Origin: Laetmonice hystrix
Lineage: Eukaryota
DNA length: 64,000 bases
Assembly (NCBI GenBank): GCA_965235115.1
Contig: OZ249436.1
Span: 23,252,001-23,316,000, forward strand
Direction of reading: 5' to 3'
Below the pieces are notes generated by a model that did not search any database, was not told where the DNA came from, and saw only the letters and a list, made by a program, of their open reading frames with translations. Position 1 is the first letter of the stretch; the number at the start of each line of letters is the position of its first letter. The position numbers and the translations under genes are program-made. Shown in pieces: positions 1 through 13,794 of this stretch.

Positions 1-84
1 AGGCCTATTTTCGTTTACAATGCCATGTGTATCTGAAATAAAATACATAAAAAGAAACTCGATTTTATTAAATCCATGATGAGG

Positions 85-456
85 AACCAGGATTTGGATC
101 TGGACCAAGAGTCATTGGATTGGGATCTGGGCTGGACCAGATTGAAATTATTATTTCGTCTGGACCAGTTGCCAACTGGTCCGGACCAGATTCCAATCTT
201 ATGACTGAAAACCTCGATTGGCATCCAGGCCAGCCCAGATGCCAATTGTGATCTGGTCCGGTCCAGTTTCCAATTGGTCCGGCCCAGATCCCAATTGGCA
301 TCCAGGCCAGCCCAGATGTCAATTGTGATCTAGTCCGGTCCAGTTGGCAACTGGTCCGGACTAGATCCCAATTGGTATCTGGGCCGGACCAGATCCCAAT
401 TGGGATCTGGTCCGGACCAATTGGCAACTGGGCCAGATTGGGATCTGGGCCACGAC
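85..456. repeat. Degenerate short-unit repeat array, likely subterminal repeats of a DNA transposon end
   Basis: Recurring GGTCCGGACCAGATCCCAATT-like motifs in both orientations, ending abruptly at ...GGGCCACGACA. Confidence 0.55.
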
Positions 457-1339
457 ATATGTATTATTAGCAATGCTGGCTTGCAAATAATAGCGGCGGT
501 CGACTTATATGCCCATGCTAAACAATAGGGAAAGGGTGCGAGAACGGCTTTCCCTTCTTGTATCTTGTCCCACACGAGTCCCAAGTACCGCTTTGCCCTC
601 GCACCCATGCACACCCAGCCATCAACATCCTATACTTTGCCTCCTCATACGTCAGGCAGCTTATTATCCCCCTTATATATCAGTATAGGAGAAAACTTCA
701 ACAGAAGTGACAGCCGTAATGAGAATCGCGCATACTGATCTCCACGACCACAATGTCATCCCCGCTCGTATGTGGAATAATAGAAACCGCCTGCCTGAGG
801 CCACTCGTGTAATATGCGGTTCGGTCGATCATGAACGCGGTTCGGGCCGGAAAGCCATGCCAGTCTGCTAATTAAACCATCCAAAGTCTGCGAGCTGCGT
901 TTGATGCTGCTCGATCCCTGCATCCTATCTTTGTTGTTTGGCGAAGCCGATTACCGCCTCGCACCCATCCTACTGGGCCCGCTTCTCCTCCCCGATCCGT
1001 CAATCCCCTGACCGCCTTCCTTCGCCAAGTACAGAGCGTATTTCGTTCGGCTGGCCAAAGATGCACATATCGATTGGTACAAATTATTCTGCCAAATGGG
1101 AACAGTTGATCCGACTGGCATAATCGCTGGCCCAGATGTTGCTTGGATCAAAGGTGCCACTTTTCGGAAGATGCGGCCCCCGCCCCTCCCAACCCTGCGC
1201 ACTACACCCCCGCCCCTTCCATCCCCGACCGCTACACTCCCAGCCCCTTCCATCCTCGCCCGCTGGGGAAACGAACCCTCAGGCGGAAAATCACGTTTTC
1301 CTTCACCAAATAGGAAAGGGAGAAAGAGCAGATGCTAAG

Positions 1340-1885
1340 GGAATTGATTAGCTTCATTAAAACCACGGGTATTGGTTAATTGGGTAAATTATCGGCTTAT
1401 GAGGGAGCACCGACGTCAGAGGAGGTAGGCATCGATGCTTTCAACCGGCATTCTGAGTTGGTGTGAGTCAAGATTGGGGTGAGGTAAGGTGTATAGGTCT
1501 ACTGGGTTGATATTAGAGAATTGGTCTGGGGTATGGTGTAGACCTATAGACAATACAATAAGTCGTTGAGGCAAGCCATTCTTTGTGCGCAACTTAATTT
1601 TAAACAGCAGTTGCGACCCGTTCTGGAACCGGCGTAATGGTGCCTTCCCCCCACAAACACACCCAAACGCTTTGTGAATGGTTGGGTAATTTTGTTTGAA
1701 GGAGAATGACATAAGGAACTCCTAATTCGGTTGAGTGGTTTTGATTTTAGAGCATTTGATCTTGGAATGAATGAAATAGACATAACCATGATCCACGTCA
1801 TACCTAATTAATTGTTCGATGGCACCAAAAGGAGTCGGTATGATGTAATGACGCGCTGGAGAAAGGGGTGTTCTGGGATTGTGCT
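1340..1885 (-). pseudogene. Possible highly decayed Penelope-like (GIY-YIG) ORF C-terminus
   Basis: Minus-strand fragments PEHPFLQRVITSYR and RRCSLISR*FTQLTNTRGFNE resemble Penelope linker and C-terminal motifs. Multiple frameshifts. Confidence 0.25.
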
Positions 1886-2530
1886 GCAATGATTAGGGAG
1901 ACAGTTGGCCCAGATGAAAGATATATAGGCCTCAGTATGTCCCTCCATGTATACTTGTGAAAGCTACTTTCCATCTTAATTTCCTTTGATGTAATTTGTG
2001 TTTCTTGACATTCTTATGTTAGTAATAATCCATGTCGGGACAGACTGGGACCCACATCCCAGCTGTCGCTTTCCCCTAATCCGCCTGTAAATGCCAGTTA
2101 ACCCTTAAACATACAAACCTAGTAGGCCTACTTAGCATGTCGGGACAGCCTGGGACCCGCATCCCAGCCGTCCCTTCTTCTAATAGCAATATAAACATAT
2201 AACACTGCTCCCTTCTACCTTTGTCACTGGCTTATGCCAGACCTTGTATTATAGGGAGAAAGGCAGCATGTCTTCTTCAGTCGGTGCAGTTGAGTCACTA
2301 CAGTGGAGTTCCGACTCAGTCACTATGAGCTGCCAATAAACCTGTGTCCTACGTTTTCCTCTACGGGGCCGTACCTATGTTCCCCGGTACCTATGTTCCC
2401 CTGTACCTATGTTCCCCAGTCCCTATGTTTCTCGGTACCTATGTTTCCCGGTACCTATGTTCCCCCATATTAAAAGGGGGTAGACGTACCCTAACCCTAA
2501 CCCTAACCCTAGCAGAAATAAAATGTCATA

Positions 2531-4644
2531 CACAGAAAATATTGTGTTAAGTAAAACTACTCAAAAACTACTCAATCTGACGAGTTAAGGTTCGTTAAAA
2601 ATTTGCTCGGGAAGGTAGCGAGATGGTACTCATCTTGAGTAGGCAACTACTCGTAAATTCGGCGTTATAAAGGGTTTTGACGAATTTTAAAGGTGCTATT
2701 CGTGAACAAAAATTCAATTTTTTTATTTTTAATTTTGTTAACGTTTATGTGATCCCACCTATCATGGAAATAGATTCACAACAAAGGAAATCAAAATTTT
2801 TCATGGATAACGGCACAAATGGGGCTCTCTCAGAAGGCCTGTGGAGACCCTGACACGCCCCACCATAGGAAATGGCTCTATCTCGGTGCGCACCGAGATA
2901 GGTTTCAAATGCTGCACACAAACTAATAGAAGGTTTATCAGGCCAATGGTATCGGTAGGAATTGTTTCTAGTACTATGTGCACAATGTATGATAGGAGAA
3001 ATGCCATTCTGTGCGAGACGAATAGCACCTTTAAGAGTTACATGGAATACGCTTTTAACCGGAAGTTTGAACATTTTCAAAAGCGTGAAAAAGTCGCGAA
3101 GAGCAGGTCAAACCCGAGATATCGAACTTCGAAGGCCTAAATCTACACGAGGAGTAAGTAGTTGAAACTCTCTCGTTAATATATTAACGAAAGATGAAAT
3201 AACGTATCACATATAATGGTATTTTTGATTTATCAGTACCATTATACCCGTTTATGATGAGGCCGGCGGGTGGGTGGGTATTTGGGGTTTTACGCCTTGC
3301 AACAGGCGGTGAAGATGTTGATGAAAGTCAGTTTTTCCTTGGTGGAGGAAACCGAAGTGCCCGGAGGAAACCGCCCTTCGGGAAGGAACTGACTGACAAA
3401 CCTTTCACACATGCAGCCCTGCATGGCCGGGGATCGAACCCGGACCGCAGCGGTGTGATGCGATGGTACTATAGGTGTCATAAACCAGCACCTTTGACCA
3501 CTCGGCCTCATGATGAGGCAAACCTTGCGACAGTGAGCCATCACGATTCACGACCATGAGGACCATGTTACGTGTCTGATGTGGTGTAGGTAGGTCAAGT
3601 GGCACCTGATCATCTGGTTTTCACTGTTCTAGCCAGGTGTGATCCTTTCGATGATCAACAGATTAAATAGAATTAGAAATTAGAATTAGAAATAGAATTA
3701 GAATAGAAATAGAAATAGAATAGATTTATTAATTAAATATAGATATAATATAAATATAGATATAATATAAATATAGATATAATAATTATAGATATAATAT
3801 TAATTAAATATAGAATATAGAATTATATAATTATAGATTAATTATAGAATTAATTAAATGAACCTTAAGTATAGAATAAGGTATAGAATTAAATATAGAA
3901 TTAAATATAGCATTATAGATATAGATTATAAATATAGAATTATAGATTAAATAGAAAATATCAGATTAATTATAGGTTGCAATGAACTGGAGGCAGCCTC
4001 AAAATGAAACCAGTATAATTGTGTACCTATTTTTGTAATCAAGTTTTTCCTTTTAATGTGCTGGGAGGTCTGTCATGGTAGGAGACAAAAGGTGTATTCC
4101 TCCAAGGGATAATTTTTGCTTTGATTCCAGTTTACTTTGAATGGGCTGGGAGGCCTGTCGTGGCTTGAGACGAAAGGTGTATTCGTCCAAGAAATGGTCA
4201 GACAACATCATGGCCATTTCACTTCTTATCAGTTACGTTCGTGGGTATCGTGACTGGATACTGAATGGATGTGACCTTTGTAATAGGCCTACATTAAAAT
4301 CTATCTGAAAAGGACTGGACGTGATTTGTATTTGTTTTTTTTCTTCAAAGTTGATTTTGCTTAATTCCTTTATATTTACACGTAATCCATAAAAATGACG
4401 TTCTCTGTTTCAGGTATATATAAGTCCCCCTTTACAGTACTGGACTGCGTTCTCTTGGTTCAGAAAAGAAAAGAAATTATAACACCTATTTACAAATGAT
4501 GACGAGTTTCTGACGAATTTTTGACGAATTGACGAGTTTACCTTCGTCAGACAGGGCGTTCTGAGTACCCAAAACTACTCCTTTTGGGGTGCTACTCAGA
4601 TTGACGAATATTTGAGTAGTTTTTGCCCGCTGAGACTTTCTGTG
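2531..4644. mobile_element. EnSpm/CACTA-like non-autonomous DNA transposon
   Basis: TA|CACAGAAA...TTTCTGTG|TA (CAC termini, 2-bp TSD) with repeated ACTACTC/GACGA subterminal motifs. Confidence 0.75.
3264..3509 (-). mobile_element. tRNA-derived SINE with Meta/V-type central domain
   Basis: On the minus strand: A-box GGCCGAGTGG, B-box GGTTCGATCCC, core GGTTTCCTCCGGGCACTTCGGTTTCCTCCACC. Exact 10-bp TSD ATGATGAGGC at 3254-3263 and 3510-3519. Confidence 0.85.
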
Positions 4645-5499
4645 TATATACCACTGTGCAAACGTACACAAGTGAGTATACCTGTATACCTACTAACAGA
4701 CTAGTCCTAAAATCTTTCTTATTGTGACATATAGGTACTGGGGAACATAGGTACCGGGGAACATAGGGACGACCCCGTTCCACCCTCGGCACACTTTCAA
4801 CAACAAAAACACCGTCGCCTTAAACCAGTACCAAATACCTGGGATCATTGGTCATGATATTTAGAACGGACTAAGGGTTCGAATTAAAAAGCGAAATAAA
4901 GCTAGAGAGAATAGGCCAATTTTCTCTCGCAATCTTGATTATATCCGCGCAGCGCCATTACTGTTCGGAGCGTGACGACGGCAGATAACTGCCGCCCCGC
5001 CCCGGCCCAGACCAGCAACTGCTGCAAAAGCAGGCATTATCCGTCTTTGTTCGCGACGATTGTCATTAGCCTGGCGAGTCCAGCTTTTTTAGGGGGGGGG
5101 GGGGGGGGGGGGGGGGAGTCCAATATGTTATGACCTAATGTCATAACGTGAAGTCAGAATATGGTCCATGCTTGGAGGGGGGTCTGGGGTCCTCCCCAGA
5201 AGATATATATTTGAATTTAGAAGCAAAAAAAAAAAAAAAAATACACGGTAATTGTGAAGCTTCTCAGAGCATTTAGGGCAATCCTAATAACATGCGCGGA
5301 GGGGGGGGGGGTCTGGGGACCTCTCCCAAAAAAAGGGAATTTAGAGGGCCAAAAAACGCTATTTCCCGTCCTCCCTTCCTCCTCCAATGATCAAATGATC
5401 ATGACCCCTAAACACGAAAAGCAGCGACCCACGACTCGCGTGGGTTGAGTCATTTTCAGTTTCGGACTGCTGCCGTGACGAACGAAAATTCTGACAGCT

Positions 5500-6177
5500 T
5501 TCACAAGGCCTTGTCGCCGGCGACAATATATGCTAATGTCCATGGCATATATTGTCGCCGGCACATAATGTCGCCGGCACATATTGTCGCCAGTTTTCAG
5601 AGCAAGAATTAAAACAGAGTTGACGAAAACGATGATGATGATGTTAATTACAATGATTATGCTATCATGATGATAATCATCAGTGTTCGAAATCTGGCGG
5701 GGGGGGGGGGGGGCAGGGGGGGGGTCAACCAATCGTGCTTAGGGCCTTGGGAAATGTGCTGTCCAAGGGGACCCAGCTAGGGTGTGTCTCCTAAAGACAG
5801 CCCCCCCCCCGAAAAAAACGTCAAATGGGTTAGGGTAACCCCTACCCTAACCCTTCTGAAATGCCCATGGGCATGCGCCTGTTCACTCAAAAGTTTAGTT
5901 TTTCAATTAAACAATAAATGAGGTTGCAATTCATGGGGCACATTTTAACTTGGCATCCGCCCGGCATCCCCTCTCTTCCACACACTTCTCTTCCACAATG
6001 ATCACCGACAACCGTGATACAGTAACCGGCTCCGGTGACAATACTAATGACTAATGGGCGGCAATATGCATGAACGTTGTCATCCTATAGGCCTATTGTC
6101 GCCGGCGACAATATAATTATGTGCCATATATTGTCGCCGGCGACAAAATATGCACGGCGATAATATATGCCGTAACA
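5500..6177. mobile_element. DNA transposon remnant with TTGTCGCCGGCGACAA palindromic subterminal repeats
   Basis: Motif clusters at 5510-5590 and 6095-6150. Right end ...GCCGTAACA. Confidence 0.45.
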
Positions 6178-7476
6178 GGTGTTATCTCATGTAAAGGAAT
6201 CACAGTCTCTGTATGGCAAGATTGAAGATACGTATATACTCTTGCTGTTGTAATAGAATTTTTGCTTCAGTAGGCCTATATTGCACCGATAGCCTAGGTT
6301 TTTCTGACCAAAAAAGGGGGTCTCCCTGGATCCGCCCCTGAATAGCCACATAGAAACACGCTAGCAAGTTGTCCCTGCGTTTCGTTTTGTGTGTTAATTT
6401 ATTTTAGTGTTCATAACAATGACAGATAAGGTCGACGAGTGAGCCCAGCCACATCTTCGCTATGTTATGACCACGTTTTCAGGTTCCGATTTAGGATCGC
6501 CACCTTACTGGTTGAGTGGCGGGGGGGGGGGGAGGATTCAATGGCGGCATCTATAGGAAGTATCTCAGCTATTTAAGGCTGTCATCTTTTCTTATTGTTG
6601 CGAATTGTTAGTTTATATATATATCGATGTTTATGCCACAATAGCGCCAGGGTGCATTGGGGACACAGTATTGGTTTAATGAGTGACGAAGTTGTCATTC
6701 ATTTCTGTGTCTTTACAACTACATGTATACACCGACCATGTTTTCTCATGGAAGGCTTCATCTCTACAGGTGATCATAGCCCTGAATGCCTCGTAACCCA
6801 AACGATCTATTTTGAAAAAGCCCACCCGCAGCTCAGCTGTTTTTAGCATATTAAGTAGCTACGACTGGGCAGACGTTCGGTGACCGCCAATACTGGAAAT
6901 CGCCCGGACTCCCCCATCGGAGCCCCTTGCCATCGGGACCTTTGCTACTAATTTACCACGAGGAACTTAAAAGTCTTAGAAGGCTTAGTGTTTTTGACGA
7001 GCCAGATTCCATTATTAAATTAGTTGCCAGAAATTGTTGGCGTCATTGACAGTTAGGGTAGTCCGAGATAATACCGCCCCAGCCACCATGCCATAGATCT
7101 TGATTTGAAGGCGGCCGTTAGCGACAAGGTCAGGGCTGGGAGCGGGAAGTCAGCGCGAAGCCGGCTCAACGTTTGACGCGCGCACACACCCTAATTATTC
7201 TTCGGCCACGGGAAGCAAAAATGTCGGCTACACAAAAGTCACCTATGTGACTCCTAGGATCTCCGTCCTGTATCGGTATGCAGCAAAGCTCTTACGAGAA
7301 TGTATTGGTGGGGAAATCAGGGGAAATTGTCATTCAAGCCGTAACACCGTTTTTACCGATGCCTGTTTCATTTCAGGAGATCATGTGGATTAGGGCTACA
7401 TAGCGACAAAATTGAAAAGTGTCTTGCTTTGGTCTCTTTCATCGTCAAGGTATTTGGCAAGTCAGCCTAATCTCTG

Positions 7477-7477
<1 letters not shown>

Positions 7478-7530
<53 letters not shown>
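7478..7530. repeat. (CT)n microsatellite
   Basis: Directly visible. Confidence 0.98.
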
Positions 7531-7535
<5 letters not shown>

Positions 7536-8242
7536 GGGTTTCTATGGTGCATCATAACTTACCGACTTACTCACATTTGATAGAGGACCCTTCCTAATGA
7601 AATTGTGGCAATTTTTTCCATGACTGGAGGAAATATATACTGACATAACCCATTGAAGTTTCTGATTCAGGAACCATTATTATGACAGTGCCAAATAACT
7701 GAAAATCGCGAATATCCTGGAATTCTGGCTCGATTATCACGCTAACCGGGTAGTTTGGCGTAGTTGCCGACATCACGTTAACCGAATATCAGGAATTTAT
7801 CAGGAACTTCTTTTAATTATACATAATGACCCTAAAATTATGGGAAATGGGCCCATCGGCCTATCGGCCTTAAATTGTAGGAAAAGAAAGGACCGTCATT
7901 AAATATAGAAACTATTGACTGTACAACCACCAAATGTAATACTAGTCAACAAATAGGAAACCATGCATACACAAAGCCCCCCCCCCCCCCCCAAAAAAAA
8001 AAACCCTCTCAAATTTAGCGCCTTCTACTCCGCTATCGACACTATTATTGTGTTCATAGAAATTAGTTTACATAAATTTGACGAATATCCAAATGCACTC
8101 TTTTCGACGGTATATTTGAGCTCAACATCGCGACCAATGATAGGACATGATAGGACATTATACTCTAAAAGTCATTGGATTATTTTTGTAACCAACCGTT
8201 GAATGTCCTGAAATATGCGAGGAGGCCATAATTATTCGTTAA

Positions 8243-8694
8243 AGGGAGGGTAAACACACACGGCAAATAAGGTTTCGTAGACCAAATGGAACACAAGCAT
8301 TTACCTCAGGGCAATAAATGCCACAATTACGTTGTCTGAATGAAGTAATTAACGTGTAACTGCCCGATGTGTGACGCCACTGGTTCTGACCTCGACCTGC
8401 TTGTGTGTTCATCAGAGCCGAATGCTGTACACCACGGCATATTGCGTAACATTACGTGTTACTCTGCTCACAGACCTTGTCTACACGATGTTTGGTGTCC
8501 CAACGTTTGTAAACGTCCGAGGTGATGAACACACAAGCAGAGCAAGGTTAGAACCAGCGGCGTCACACATCGGGTAGTTACACGTTAATTACTTCATTCA
8601 GACAATGTAATTGTGGCATTTATTGCCCTAAGGTAAATGCTGGTGTTTCATTTGGTCTACGAAACCTTATTTGCCGTGTGTGTTTTCCATCCCT
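8243..8694. mobile_element. Kolobok-like MITE
   Basis: TTAA|AGGGAGG...CATCCCT|TTAA with ~150-bp TIRs. Confidence 0.8.
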
Positions 8695-10233
8695 TTAAAA
8701 TAATACCATACGGTTCGGAAGGCACGCCCGAAAAAAAATTGAGGGCGCTGTCTTGACCTCTAATCCAAACGGAAGATGCTAATAAATGACATTTTTTAAT
8801 ATTTCAAGAACTGTTTCAAAGTACCCGAGAGAATTTCCTCGGCGTTTATCATAAAAGCCTGGAAGATTTCTTCCCACACGGAATATCCAAAATATGCATG
8901 TGCATATGTATATTCGCGAAGAGTTAGTTTTCTCCGTACTTGAATTTGAAAAACAAGTTTCCCCATACAGATGTGCTGGCTACCTCGAAATATTTATACA
9001 ACAGTTGGCAGTGTTTGTCGTGCAGTGAACTGCGGTTACGTGCATGGACATACGAATTATTTTGGCAAACTCTGACTTTGTGAAATGTCCACGGCACGTA
9101 TCACCATCAGAAGAAGAAAGTGCGTCTATTATACGGGTACAACCGAACGGGGGGGTGTCTATCACTTGATAGAATTCTTTGTTTTGTTATGTTGCGCATA
9201 TGGTGATGATTTCGGGACATCGGAACATCCGTCTTTCTTACGTGCACTGAAAGAAATCTATAGAAAGGACTAGGTTGATTAGTTTGCCTTCTTTTATTTT
9301 CTCCTTTTTCCTAGTGTGTTTCTTGGTTATAGGTCCCTTTTCTGAAATCAATGCGGATACGAAGATTATGCTAAATCTAGCGTCATTGGCAGTCTGGTGG
9401 TTGACGCTTGTTACACTGGGACTTGCGGGGTTCTCGCTACATTAGCGCCAGGACGTCCCCAATGACGCCTGAACCACACTTCATTTAGTTCAGACGCGAA
9501 AGCAGCAGGCGCCTGGCGGGACTGAGACGGTCTGTCACCATTCGACCCACGACCGGACAGCAGCCACGCCATTGTCGGCACATTGTCTTGGCCAAGCCCT
9601 CCAGCATCCCATCGTGGCCATTTAGCTTCATCACAACCCCGGCATCCCACCTCCATTTCCATCAACCTTTTGATCTGAGACAATCGCAACCGCTGAAAGA
9701 TGAATAATTCAGGACGACATCTTGGATATTTTACAGCCAATGCGCAAACATGGGAGAAATTTGCTAGAAATCATCAAATTGCTTGAACGTGCTTGGATGA
9801 TCAAAAATCTTTCGTTCTCATTAAAAGCACTGCTACTGGACTCGTTTGCATTCTATCACATTCCTTCGCCTGCTGCTAACGATACCGATGGTGTTAAATT
9901 TTTAAACATAAGATGTTGGGCAATTCCTTGGAGTCGCATGACAATTGGTCACCCTCCTTCAGGCCATGTCAAAGGGTACGAAACCTTTCGGCGATCAATG
10001 CTCCATAAGTGTTCTCTGGACAGTTGACGGTGTAGAAGGGAGCTGGGAGAAGATGGACTTGGTTCGCCTTGTAAGGGACCCCTGACACTTCAACCATACA
10101 CATATTCTCTCCACGTAGTATCCCCATTTACAACAATACATTTCCAGCGCCATTAAAGACTTAACTATGTGCAAAATCTAAATATCAAATTATTTCTGAA
10201 GAATATGCCTAAACGCAATCCAGGTTGAGTCGA

Positions 10234-11324
10234 GACAATGGGTGAGGTCAAGTATCAAGTAAAATTTGATTGAGTCAAAGCTGAGTTTACTCTGGGTTAA
10301 TTTGACCACCCTAACTCCATGATGAAGTTAAGTGACAGATAACGCCAGGATTACCCCCCCCCCCAAGTAACTGTCAGATTACTTGAGAATTACTCCAAAA
10401 TAACTTCAATGGTGTGAGATTGTTCAACAGTCAGCCTTATAGGCGTCCCTACTGAATGCTGGCCTCCTTTCAAAGTTTTGCTGCCTTTCTTCAGCTGCAG
10501 CAGCGATCAAAATTGGCGTAAAAACAAAAAAACTTGAGGTCAAGTCTGGGGTAAAGTAAGAGTTATTGCAGTTTGTTTACCCTAGGGTACTTATAACCCC
10601 AGTTATACCCAAGTTTTGACTTCTCAACGAGGGCACAGTCGACCCAGCGTATACTCAGTTAACTCAGGATTAAAAAACTTGACCAAAATTATACCTCAGG
10701 GTTGACTCAACCCAAGCAAATGGCCATCTTGTTTCCCCGAAGCATATTGCAAGATGTACTGGGGTAATCTTAACATCTGGAGGTTAACTCAGAGTATATC
10801 AAGGAAGAGGTCAAATCTTGGGTAAAAGATTTTAGGCAGAAAAGAAAGTCAGCCATGGTTTTCACGCCAATTCTGGTCGCTGCTGCAGCTGAAGAAAGGC
10901 AGCAACTCTTCAAAAGGAGGCCAGCATTCAGCGGAGAAGCTGCTGACAGACACCTAGGGCTGACTGATGAACAATTTCACGCCATTTCAGTTATTTTTGG
11001 GGTAATTATCAAGTAATCTGACAGTTACTTGGGGGGGGGGGGGGTAATCCTGGCGTTATCTGTCACTTTACTTCATCATGGGGTTGAGGTGGTCAAATTA
11101 ACCCAGAGTAAGGTCAGCTGTGACTCAATCAAATTTCACTTTATACTTGACCGCACCCATGGCTGTTTGCTTTTTGCACTAATTCCGAGTTAATTCTGAG
11201 TATACCCTGGGTGGACTTTACGCTCGTTGAGAAGTCAAATCTTGGGTATAACTGGGGTTAGAATAATAGGTAAACAATCTGCAGTAACCCTTACTTTACC
11301 TGAGACTTGACCTCACCCAATGAA
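10234..11324. mobile_element. EnSpm-like foldback element containing an inverted copy of itself
   Basis: Ends ACAATGGGTGAGGTCAAG / CTTGACCTCACCCAATG. Block 10234-10526 is inverted at 10858-11162 and block 10537-10670 is inverted at 11180-11322. A related end TA|CACAATGGGTGAGGTCAA occurs at 45151. Confidence 0.7.
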
Positions 11325-13117
11325 TCCAGTTTGGTGAGTCAATTAGATCCGTAACAATGAACTCCAGATTGGTTGATGGACAGGGTTTATTATTCAACTT
11401 ATTGACATCCCCGGGCTACCAGAGCGCTCCACTATCAAGTATTATTCATATCTGTCTAGATTAACATTCAGTAACTTTCAGCTGGAAACTTTGGTTACAG
11501 AATATCTCAGGATAAACATTTTGTCAGGCATTCATCCGTCTGAAACGTTCACAATGTGCAAAATAATAAGGCAAGGACAATATAAGACGTTCCCTGAATA
11601 CAGCATACGTTTCTTGCCATTAAGAGTCATATTTATATTATACATGTATACAGGTCCGCCCGGCTGATCGATTTCGGCGTTGTACGGGTATGTACCGTAG
11701 TAATAAAAAGTACATGACTCGAGGTATTCGAATATAATAGCGAAATTGGGTTCCTTCTTGTATGTCTTCATCAATTCAACCAATCAGGGGACAGGGTATT
11801 TTATTTGCGTTCACTATGGCTAACCATACCAAAATCGCATTGAAATATTTATGAACACCTAAGATAGTCAAAAACGATTATACGTAAGTTTGTAATTTGA
11901 CGATGTCTTAACAGAGAAACTAGGTTATTCAATATTCTAAACCAGTTTAATATAATACTCAATTGAATAAATTGAAAAAAGGAGAAATTTGTATTTCTAC
12001 ATATCAGAAACTTACCGTATGTTTTCATACTCGCTAGACATGTTCTAATATGTACTGTTATTCTGAAACTCTTCTTACCAATGAGCTACAAATTTAAGTT
12101 GATTTCACTAGCACAAACACGCCAATATTTACAGAAAGAAGCGCGAAATGAACTGCTATCAAGTCAAACGAAAACAAATCCCATTTTTGCTAATGTGACC
12201 GTCACTGGGCTGTAAATCATTTACTTGAAGCAATATAGCCAAATGACCAACTCAGTCATTTAAACAAAAAAAAATATACAAAATCAGTGCGACCAGCAGG
12301 GAAGACCATATCCCAATTTAATTCTTGATATTCATAGTCTATCAAGTTAATAATTGCATCATAACTTATTTGAAATGATATACTTGACTGTGGAGCCACC
12401 CATATTATTCATACTGTGGCAATATCATATACACTGGGTATGCCGGCCATCGTGAACATACAGTTAGATATCACTTAATATATACATCTGAGGCCATATA
12501 TACAGACGATATTTTGGCGAGATAAACCCGTAAAAAAACTGACACGCTTTCTCACGTCTTGAGATGAACATTAAATGCGGCCATACGTAATAACCATATA
12601 AGTTTATTTTACATTCAGTTTTGAAGGTATCTGAACAGAAATTCGCGGGATAATTGAATGCAATTTTGAGATGAACATTTAATTCTCACCTCTTGATAAT
12701 TAAATGCACCAGATCAGACAAGATTTAAAAATTATTAAAAAAAGTTTAAAATATCAAGATATCAAAATATCAAGTCGAAAAAGCATTTAGAAATGCATTG
12801 GACAGTAGTGTACTCCTTGAGATTGAACACGTGTATTTTTTGTAACTTTCACCTGTGGTAGAAAGGAAAATAAACACCAGTTGTCATGCTGTTTCTGAGT
12901 CATCTTTCAAAATATCTAGACAAAACTTGGCCAGAAGGTAGACAATTATACCGTAGATAGATTTCCATATAAAGAATTATGTCGTGGGACGTCATGCTAC
13001 GGAATTATGACGCTTCAAATCACTTTAAATTGGTTATAATTCGAGCAGCTCTCAAGTTGATAACATGTACATGTACCTTCCGTTTTAAAAATATCTGAAT
13101 GATTGACATCACATATA

Positions 13118-13794
13118 TCAGGTGGGCCAGAAAAAATGGGACACTCTTTTCTTGACAATAATTTTTTATACCGATTTCATAATATTTTGCACATGATATC
13201 ATAATGGTTAATTGGGGCGTGTGGTACAAATGTCAGAGAAATAGGTCGAAACGTCTCGATAGTACCATTTTAAAATTTTATTAACATGGTACCACAGGTC
13301 TTTGCAGGGTTGGTGCCACTGTGTCTGAATAACGTGGCATGTGTCAAACATATGCCACCTGCCAAAAACAGGTGGCCGGTCAGACTCTGTTTTGACACAT
13401 TTCATCAGAAACTTTCACACAGAGCCGGTTGCTTCCGAAATTGTTTGCATGACAGAGCTGTTACTGGAGCTTGTTATTAGGAAAAGGATGGGTTTACACC
13501 ATTTGGGATTCCCTCTCTGAAAAGGTCTACAAAGGTCGCACACACAAATTTACGAAAAAATCGGGGAAAGTTGGTGGAAATTACTCTGGAAGAAGTTAAT
13601 CGGGTCATTCAAAAAGAGAGTGCATTTTTCGACATGTGATGTTTGATTCCTTGCCACCTAAAGAGGTTTTGACCCATATGCCTGAAAATGCTATTACCCA
13701 TTATGATACCATGTACCAAACGTCATTGGCAAACTGTAGATTGTGGAAGCTATAGTTAAGTAAAGGGGGTTCCAGCTTTCTCTGGCCCACCCGA
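13118..13794 (+). mobile_element. Internally deleted Tc1/mariner-type element with transposase C-terminal remnant
   Basis: TA|TCAGGTGGGCCAGA...TCTGGCCCACCCGA|TA. Residual YTIWDSLSEKVYKGRTHKFT at ~13495-13555 resembles the region after the last catalytic residue. Confidence 0.75.

Larger units (their letters stand above)
2364..4777. mobile_element. MuDR-like MITE with tandem subterminal repeats, split by a nested element
   Basis: Left CGGGGCCGTACCTATGTTCCCC with ~16-bp repeats and (CCCTAA)n; right GGGGAACATAGGGACGACCCCG. TSD unclear. Confidence 0.6.

Noticed and set aside
2255..2300. Hammerhead ribozyme (minus-strand CTGAAGA core) near the Penelope-like remnant
   Set aside because: No stem II closure or GAAA motif follows. 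Other CTGATGA hits (e.g. 16877, 26685, 58398) also fail.
3420..3509. Second tRNA gene
   Set aside because: A/B boxes are present but there is no cloverleaf; it is the SINE head.
5092..5116. Long poly-G/C homopolymers here and throughout the window
   Set aside because: Mostly internal to MITE fragments, and their lengths are prone to sequencing error. No independent structure seen.
8980..10100. Coding-looking fragments (e.g. GDDFGTSEHPSFLRALKEIY; 101-aa ORF)
   Set aside because: No family recognised and no splice-consistent model. Could be an old TE remnant; blastx would decide.
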